Origin: an uncultured Fibrobacteraceae bacterium
GTDB lineage: Bacteria > Krumholzibacteriota > Krumholzibacteriia > LZORAL124-64-63
Assembly (NCBI GenBank): GCA_964384055.1
Contig: CAYLIV010000003.1
Location: 22,391 to 86,390, forward strand
Direction of reading: 5' to 3'
Length of the DNA: 64,000 nt
Under the pieces are notes generated by a model. The model saw only the letters and a program-made list of their open reading frames with translations. It was not told the DNA's origin and did no database searches. This document shows, in pieces, positions 59,201 through 64,000 of the stretch. Each line of letters opens with the position of its first letter. Within the stretch, counting starts at the first letter, position 1. The translations under genes were made by a program, and so were the position numbers.

Positions 59201-59523
59201 TCCTGGGGAATGATGACTCCGCCCCCGCCACCGAAAATAGCCACGTGTTCGAGACCGCGCCGGTTCAATTCGTCGCGCAGATACTTGAAAAACTCGACGT
59301 GCCCGCCCTGGTAACTGCTGACCGCGACTGCGTCCGCGTCCTCCTGCAAGACGGCCTGGATGATATCCGGCACCGAACGGTTGTGCCCGAGATGGATCAC
59401 TTCGCATCCTGACAAGACCAGGAGCCGACGAATGATGTTTATCGAGGCGTCGTGGCCGTCGAAAAGCGCGGCCGCGGTCACGTAACGCAGCGTGTCCTTG
59501 TCGTCGTCCGGTTTGCGGATCAT
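56275..59523 (-). CDS. icmF: Fused isobutyryl-CoA mutase IcmF (B12-binding + MeaB-like GTPase + acyl-CoA mutase catalytic domain).
   Basis: 1082 aa. The N-terminal B12-binding domain has DGHDASINII. The P-loop GTPase has GITGTGGAGKSSLTDEL. The large C-terminal mutase substrate-binding domain is present. Confidence 0.85.
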   Translation of the reverse strand: MIRKPDDDKDTLRYVTAAALFDGHDASINIIRRLLVLSGCEVIHLGHNRSVPDIIQAVLQEDADAVAVSSYQGGHVEFFKYLRDELNRRGLEHVAIFGGGGGVIIPQEIALLHEYGVTRIYSPDDGRELGLTGIIDDMNDRARAKRAARPGSLPARPENGQVGDDVALARALSLLEMGEAVPQLVDGPVIERDRAPVIGITGTGGAGKSSLTDELLRRYLRTYPQRTVAVLAVDPSKRKTGGALLGDRIRMNAINHPNCFLRSFSTRGQRGELSASLAESVALAQEWGFDLVLVETSGIGQGDSAVTEIVDFAVYVMTSEFGSPIQLEKIDMIDFADVIVVNKFDRLGSEDAVRDVRKQYRRSRNEFELPDEQLPVFGTIASRFNDPGVQALFDYLAVTVANRGDDQSPDQAAAGAARISDDVATIIPRDRTTYLGEIARAVRDYRQRAVADAELLRRHAALRRAASELTAAGQNEAAQAVAGRQATVAAEAGQALLVETDAWADLVARYSQDEVTIRIRDRELRFEAFRTTLAGSRIPKIILPALSDAGDRLLFLRTENVPGSFPFTAGVFPFKRTDEEPKRQFAGEGSPGRTNRRFHYLCANDDAKRLSTAFDSLTLYGEDPHQRPDIYGKIGEGGVSICTLDDMKTLYSGFDLCDPSTSVSMTINGPAPIILAMFFNTAIDQQIAKKAGELGRDPDENERAGIAAATIATVRGTVQADILKEDQAQNTCIFSTEFALRLMGDIQQFFTRNNVRNYYSVSISGYHIAEAGANPISQLAFTLANGFTYVEYYLARGMDIDSFAPNLSFFFSNGLDAEYTVIGRVARRIWSVAMRDRYGAGERSQKLKYHIQTSGRSLHAQEIDFNDIRTTLQALMAIYDNCNSLHTNSYDEAITTPSEESVRRAMAIQMIINRELGWTKCENPLQGASIIAELTDLVEEAVLCEFENMSRRGGVLGSMETQYQRGKIQEESLLYEHQKHSGELPIIGVNTYIREGEDAEQTVAELTLARCEQQEKDTRLADLGAFHRRHEADMETTLARLQQVALDGGNVFAELMRTTRVCSLGQITAALYEVGGQYRRAM

Positions 59524-59544
59524 CGGTGCCTCCTGGATTCCCGG

Positions 59545-60414
59545 TCAGAACTCGTCCTCGTCCGCTTCCGCCGCGCGGCGGCGGGCTTTCGCCAGTTGCC
59601 GCTGCGCCTGTTGCTTGTATTCCGGGTCGCTGGGGCCGCGCGCCGGCAATGCGAGGCAGGTTTCGTACGCGCCGATCGCCAGCTGGTAGCGTCGAATCTT
59701 CAGATACGTGTTTCCAAGCTCAAGATGGTGATTGATCTCCTCGGGCGCCACCGCAATCGCCAGCTCGAAGTACTTGATCGCGTTCTCGTTGCTCGCACCC
59801 CGGGGCACGCCGCCGTAGACAACCTTGGCCGCGAGTTTCTTGAGCGCGCCGAGGTTGGCGATCTCGCGATGCCAGCGGGCGAGGATATGCAATGCGATGT
59901 CGTTGTCGGGCGCCAGTTCGATCGCCCGCTGCGCTTCATCGCGCACCGCCCTGGACAGCTCGATCTTCCGCTTGCCGCCTATCAGCATCGCGAGCTTGCC
60001 TACCGCGGCGGCAAGGTAGCTGTGACCCCAGGTATCGTCCTCGCGCAGGGCGACGGCGCGTTGCGCGGCATCGCGCGCTTCTTCGTAATAGCGCCGGCGG
60101 TCCTCTTTTCGCTCCGTCTTGTTCCCCAGTTCGATCAAGGCCCGCGCCAGCTTCCAGTGGGCCGCGTAACAGCGATCGTCCATTCCGAGCGCCTCGACGG
60201 CAGCCCGGCGTGAGGCCTCCAGATCGCTGGCTTCGTAGGCGGCGTCGCAGACGGCGATTTTTTCGTCCAGGGTCTCTTCGGCGGCCCGCGATGGCGCGTT
60301 CCAGCCGAGCGCCAGCAGTAACAGCGCTGCGCAGATATGCGCGTAGAAACATACCGGCCAGCCCCCATCGCGTGGCCCCGGCATCGCTAAAACCGTCCGG
60401 TTGCTGGTTGGCAT
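59545..60414 (-). CDS. Secreted TPR-repeat protein.
   Basis: Signal-peptide-like N-terminus (VCFYAHICAALLLLALGWNAPSRA). The body has TPR-like helical repeats (AHWKLARALIELG, YLKIRRYQLAIGAYETCL). It lies 22 nt upstream of icmF. Confidence 0.5.
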   Translation of the reverse strand: MPTSNRTVLAMPGPRDGGWPVCFYAHICAALLLLALGWNAPSRAAEETLDEKIAVCDAAYEASDLEASRRAAVEALGMDDRCYAAHWKLARALIELGNKTERKEDRRRYYEEARDAAQRAVALREDDTWGHSYLAAAVGKLAMLIGGKRKIELSRAVRDEAQRAIELAPDNDIALHILARWHREIANLGALKKLAAKVVYGGVPRGASNENAIKYFELAIAVAPEEINHHLELGNTYLKIRRYQLAIGAYETCLALPARGPSDPEYKQQAQRQLAKARRRAAEADEDEF

Positions 60415-60612
60415 CAGGATCTCCGGACTGCGGTCGACAGGCGCCGTGCCCGTCGCCTGGCCGCGACGTTCATCCCACTACACGATCGTGTCGGCTGGAG
60501 GATTCGCGTCGCGCCGGCCGTGGCGCCTGGCGGAATTGCGTTGCAATTCCCTACCCGCTGGTTGACAATAAAACGTCTCGCTGCTACGCATTGTGAACAT
60601 GATCGCCCGGAG

Positions 60613-60627
60613 AATCAACCGTTGATT
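60613..60627. promoter_or_regulatory. Candidate operator: 7-bp inverted repeat AATCAAC-c-GTTGATT upstream of the acyl-CoA ligase gene.
   Basis: Two perfect 7-bp arms with a 1-nt centre, about 44 nt upstream of ATG 60671. A -35-like TTGACA lies at 60562-60567. Confidence 0.3.
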
Positions 60628-60670
60628 GTCCTCGTCATATCCCTGTAACCGCGATGAACGGGAGTGCGCT

Positions 60671-62479
60671 ATGTCCATTCAGACGCTACCCGAACTCTTC
60701 TTGTCGGCGATCAAGGAACGTCCGCGACCCGACTGCTTCTCGTATCGTGACCAGAACCGACAGTACGTCGATATCTCGAGCGACGAGGTACTCCAGAGCG
60801 TGCGCGCCTTACGGCAGGCACTCAAGTCGCTGGGCGTCAAACGAGGCGACCGCATCGCCATCCTGTCCGAGAACCGCTACGAGTGGGCTCTGAGCGATCT
60901 GGCCGCGGTTTTCTGCGGCTGCGTCACCGTACCGGTGTACGCGACGCTGCTGCCCGATACCATCAAATACATCCTGAACGATTGCCAGCCGGTGTTGATC
61001 TTCGTCTCGACCAACGAACAGGCCGAGAAAGTAGATCTGGTTCGCGACAAGGTCGCCGGCCTGCGCGACATCGTCAGCTTCGAACATACCGCGGTTCCCG
61101 ATGTGATGACCTTCGACAAGCTGCTCGACATCGGCCGCAATATCATGCGGGAACATCCGCCGGAGCCCCATGACGAATACGACGCCGTCGAGAAGGATGA
61201 TCTCGTAAGCATCATCTACACCTCGGGCACGACCGGCAATCCCAAGGGCGTGATGCTCTCGCACTACAATTTCGTCGCCAACGTGCTGGGCACGCAGACG
61301 GTGATCGATTTCAGCATCAAGGACCGCTGCCTCTCCTTCCTGCCGCTCTCCCATGTGCTCGAGCGGACCTGTGGATACTACGTGATGCTCTACTCGGGCG
61401 TCGGCATCGCCTACGCGGAACGGATGGACACCGTGCCGGTCGATCTGCAAGAGGTCAAGCCTACCCTGGTGGTCAGTGTGCCGCGGCTGTACGAGAAGAT
61501 CTACGCCCGGGTGCTCGGCATGGCGCAAGCAGGTTCACCGTTGAAGCGTAAGATCTTTTTCTGGGCGCGGAGCGTCGGTATCGAATACGCCCGCCGGGAA
61601 ATCGAAAGCCTCCCCATCGGCGGCTGGCTGAAGTTCAAATACGCACTGGCCGACAAGCTGGTTTTCAGCAAGCTACGGGCCCGGACCGGGGGCAACCTGC
61701 GTTATTTCGTATCCGGCGGCGCTCCCCTGTCGGCCAAGATCAACGAGTTCTTCTACGCGGCGGGCCTCTACGTGCTGGAAGGCTACGGCCTGACCGAGAC
61801 CTCGCCCATCGTCACGGTGAATCGCATGGAGAAATTCCGGATCGGCAGTGTGGGCACGCCGTTCCCGAACACCGAGGTCAAGATCGCCGAGGATGGTGAG
61901 ATTCTGGTGCGCGGGCCGCAGGTCATGCTCGGTTACTACAACAACGAAGCCGCCACACGGGAAGTGCTCGACGACGAGGGCTGGTTCGCGACCGGCGACA
62001 TCGGCTATATCGACGAAGACGGTTTCCTGTTCATCACCGATCGCAAGAAGGACCTGATCGTGACCGCCGGCGGCAAGAACATCGCCCCGCAACCGATCGA
62101 GAACGATCTCAAGAACAACCGTTTCATCAGCCAAGCCGTGGTGATCGGCGACCAGCGGTCCTTCCTGACCGCGCTGATCGTGCCTGACTTCGAGGTGCTC
62201 CGCGAGTGGGCCGCCGCCAACGACCTGGCGGGCGTGAGCGATGGCGAGTTGATCGAGCACGCCGAAGTGCTGGCGCTTTTCGACGCGCACATGGAAAAGA
62301 TCAACGCTCTGCTGCCCGGCTTCAACCAGGTGAAAAAGTGTTCGTTGCTCGCTCAGGAGTTCACTCTCGAGGCCGGAGAGCTGACGCCGACGCTCAAGAT
62401 CAAACGTTTCGCGATCAACAACAAGTATCGGGAAATCATCGACCGCATGTATCCGGCAGCGGCATATGATGAGGGTTGA
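60671..62479 (+). CDS. Long-chain-fatty-acid--CoA ligase (AMP-dependent synthetase, FadD-like).
   Basis: Start ATG 60671 (MSIQTLPELF...). AMP-binding motif IIYTSGTTGNPKGVMLSH. Gate motif YGLTETSP. Typical C-terminal domain. Confidence 0.8.
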   Translation: MSIQTLPELFLSAIKERPRPDCFSYRDQNRQYVDISSDEVLQSVRALRQALKSLGVKRGDRIAILSENRYEWALSDLAAVFCGCVTVPVYATLLPDTIKYILNDCQPVLIFVSTNEQAEKVDLVRDKVAGLRDIVSFEHTAVPDVMTFDKLLDIGRNIMREHPPEPHDEYDAVEKDDLVSIIYTSGTTGNPKGVMLSHYNFVANVLGTQTVIDFSIKDRCLSFLPLSHVLERTCGYYVMLYSGVGIAYAERMDTVPVDLQEVKPTLVVSVPRLYEKIYARVLGMAQAGSPLKRKIFFWARSVGIEYARREIESLPIGGWLKFKYALADKLVFSKLRARTGGNLRYFVSGGAPLSAKINEFFYAAGLYVLEGYGLTETSPIVTVNRMEKFRIGSVGTPFPNTEVKIAEDGEILVRGPQVMLGYYNNEAATREVLDDEGWFATGDIGYIDEDGFLFITDRKKDLIVTAGGKNIAPQPIENDLKNNRFISQAVVIGDQRSFLTALIVPDFEVLREWAAANDLAGVSDGELIEHAEVLALFDAHMEKINALLPGFNQVKKCSLLAQEFTLEAGELTPTLKIKRFAINNKYREIIDRMYPAAAYDEG

Positions 62480-63365
62480 GCAACCGGTCGTCGAGTCCGG
62501 GACACCGCGCTGGTTGCAACCATTTTTCTGCACCGTGGTCGGGATGGCGGGTAATATCGCCCTGACCGTCGGCAAGCTGGTCGTGGGCTTTCTCGGCCAG
62601 AGCGCGGCACTGGTTGCCGACGGTTTTCACAGCCTCTCCGATGTCGCCAGCGATATCGGCGTCCTGCTCGCTCTTAAGGCTAGCCGCCGTCCGCCGGACC
62701 GCAATCATCCCTACGGCCACCACAGTTTCGAGACCCTGGGCGCGGTACTGGTATCCCTCGCGATGATCGTCACGGCGGTACTCATCGGCCGCGACGCGAT
62801 AATGCGTTTCCTGCACCGAGACTATCTGACGCCCGACCTGTCCGCCCTGATCATGGCCGTGGTCGCTGTCGTGATGAAGGAACTCATGGCGCGCTATACG
62901 CTCCGTGCCGGCCGGCTGCACAACAGCCCCGCCCTGCTGAGCAACGGTCTGATGCACCGATCGGACGCCATCTCGTCGCTGGCTGCCGCCGGCGGCATCC
63001 TCGGCGCCATGCTCGGCGTACCCAGTCTCGATACGATCGGCGCCATGATCATCGCCCTGTTCATCCTGAAGATGGGCGGCGAGTTGCTGCTCGAAAACGT
63101 CCTGACACTCACCGACACCATGCCCGGCGACGACATTGTCGACGACATGCGACGCGTCGCCGAAGCTGTACCGGGCGTGCAGCAGGTGCGCGATATCAAG
63201 GTGCGCCAACGCGGTTCGTGGTACCTGGCTGATTTACGGGTGGCGGTTCCTCCCGACGAGACCATCGTCGCCGCCCACGAGATCGCACACGAGGTCGAGC
63301 AGGCGATCCGCGAGACGCTGGCCCATGTGGATCGGGTGTTCGTGCACGTGGAGCCGGGTGACTGA
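62466..63365 (+). CDS. Cation diffusion facilitator (CDF) family transporter.
   Basis: TM1-2 with LVADGFHSLSDV. HxxxD in TM5 (DAISSLAA). A C-terminal cytoplasmic metallochaperone-like domain. It overlaps the upstream gene by 14 nt. Confidence 0.85.
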   Translation: MMRVEQPVVESGTPRWLQPFFCTVVGMAGNIALTVGKLVVGFLGQSAALVADGFHSLSDVASDIGVLLALKASRRPPDRNHPYGHHSFETLGAVLVSLAMIVTAVLIGRDAIMRFLHRDYLTPDLSALIMAVVAVVMKELMARYTLRAGRLHNSPALLSNGLMHRSDAISSLAAAGGILGAMLGVPSLDTIGAMIIALFILKMGGELLLENVLTLTDTMPGDDIVDDMRRVAEAVPGVQQVRDIKVRQRGSWYLADLRVAVPPDETIVAAHEIAHEVEQAIRETLAHVDRVFVHVEPGD

Positions 63366-63385
63366 TTTCGAGGTCCACTTGCCGG

Positions 63386-64000
63386 TCAACGGTCGCGCCG
63401 GTCGCCGAGTATGACCGTGAAGCGCAAGGGACGATCGTCGCGGAGCACCTCCACCTCGACCATTTCGCCGGGATCGTGGCTACGCAGCGCCTGCGTGAAC
63501 TGTCCCAGATCCGCCACGGAGCTGGCGCCGATACGCACGACGATATCGCCCGCCTGCAGACCGGCGCCGGCCGCCGGACTGTTGTCGATAACCCCGGCCA
63601 GCTTGTAACCCACGACCTTATCGGTGAAATCGGGAATCGAACCGAACCAGGTATTGCGGTTCAGATCGGCATCATCGGCAGGGCGCAGATTCTTGGGCGC
63701 TACCGGTACGTAGGTAAAGGTTTCACCGCTCTCCCGCAGCAGTTCGAGTAGGCGCAAGCTGTATTGCATCAGCGCCGCCATGGCGTCGTAAGCCAAGGTC
63801 GGCCAGTCGTCTTCGGAGCGGTTGTACTGCGCGTAGGGCCCCGAAAACAGAAAGAGCACCGGCACGGCCTTCGTGGTGAACGACATGTGATCGCTACCCG
63901 ACCAGCCACTCTGCGCGAGCTCGAGCACGAGCGCCTCGCGATTGGCCTCTTGCGCCAGGCCGGCCAGCGGCGCCGCGGTGCCGACTCCGCTGAGGTAGAG
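63386..64000 (-). CDS. M28-family peptidase with a C-terminal PDZ domain (N-terminus off-window).
   Basis: GWSGSDHMSF matches the M28 Zn-ligand region. C-terminal PDZ (GYKLAGVIDNSPAAGAGLQAGDIVVRIGASSVADL). The frame stays open to position 64000. Confidence 0.6.
   Translation of the reverse strand, partial: LYLSGVGTAAPLAGLAQEANREALVLELAQSGWSGSDHMSFTTKAVPVLFLFSGPYAQYNRSEDDWPTLAYDAMAALMQYSLRLLELLRESGETFTYVPVAPKNLRPADDADLNRNTWFGSIPDFTDKVVGYKLAGVIDNSPAAGAGLQAGDIVVRIGASSVADLGQFTQALRSHDPGEMVEVEVLRDDRPLRFTVILGDRRDR

Overview
This is a high-GC bacterial chromosomal segment, judged by eye at about 65-70% GC with one sharply AT-rich exception. I count about 46 protein-coding genes, 40 of them on the minus strand. 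Many secreted proteins end in T9SS-type C-terminal domains, and two PorV/SprF-like barrels are present, which suggests an FCB-group-like organism such as Gemmatimonadota; that is inference only.

Gene content, from low to high coordinates:
- (a) 1-6581: a four-gene overlapping operon. It encodes a BatA-like VWA membrane protein, a tandem lamin-tail-domain (LTD) secreted protein with a T9SS-like C-terminal domain, and two W/R-rich beta-barrel-like proteins. The last of these is missing from the ORF track because its reading frame runs off position 1.
- (b) 6623-9307: ppdK.
- (c) 9511-16947: a surface cluster of two paralogous lipoproteins of an unrecognised family followed by a BNR/Asp-box protein with a T9SS-like C-terminal domain. 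A near-consensus sigma-70 promoter sits upstream of the first lipoprotein.
- (d) 17173-31562: an 11-gene, tightly packed housekeeping run: hisS-aspS-phoH-pgpH-ybeY-corC-DUF502-mgtE-recO-glyQ-glyS. It has Bacillus-like synteny, but a Mg2+-transport trio (corC, DUF502, mgtE) sits where dgkA-cdd-era would be.
- (e) 31725-38793: an envelope-remodelling block with a PBP-like orphan, YbbR, a LysM amidase, an M23 peptidase, a sigma-70-family factor and DegP. It carries an intrinsic terminator and a TTGACA-N17-TATGCT promoter.
- (f) 40406-48237: a second secreted module. It has a PorV-like barrel and an 1136-aa protein with a C-terminal domain that has a TTGACC-N17-TATAAT promoter and no HExxH motif. 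It also has a His/Tyr/Trp-rich protein with one CxxCH motif and a 250-aa polybasic Ser/Gly tail, and a Cys-cluster lipoprotein preceded by a candidate sigma-54 promoter.
- (g) 48560-49287: a roughly 0.75-kb AT-rich, ORF-free island packed with hairpins and direct repeats.
- (h) 49288-54336: a sigma-54 regulatory island. It has a 1041-aa TPR-GAF-AAA+ enhancer-binding protein, a 106-aa acidic secreted protein with its own sigma-70-like promoter, and an orphan NtrC-type response regulator.
- (i) 54584-64000: rlmN, Rrf2, fused isobutyryl-CoA mutase IcmF, a TPR protein, fadD-like, a CDF transporter, and a truncated M28-PDZ peptidase.

I found no rRNA, tRNA, CRISPR or obvious mobile element. Most long plus-strand ORFs in the track are antisense shadows typical of high-GC DNA. 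Several track ORFs begin at GTG/TTG N-terminal extensions, and I propose shorter starts where a Shine-Dalgarno motif or a 4-nt stop/start overlap supports them. Hand-located motif coordinates may be off by a few nucleotides.
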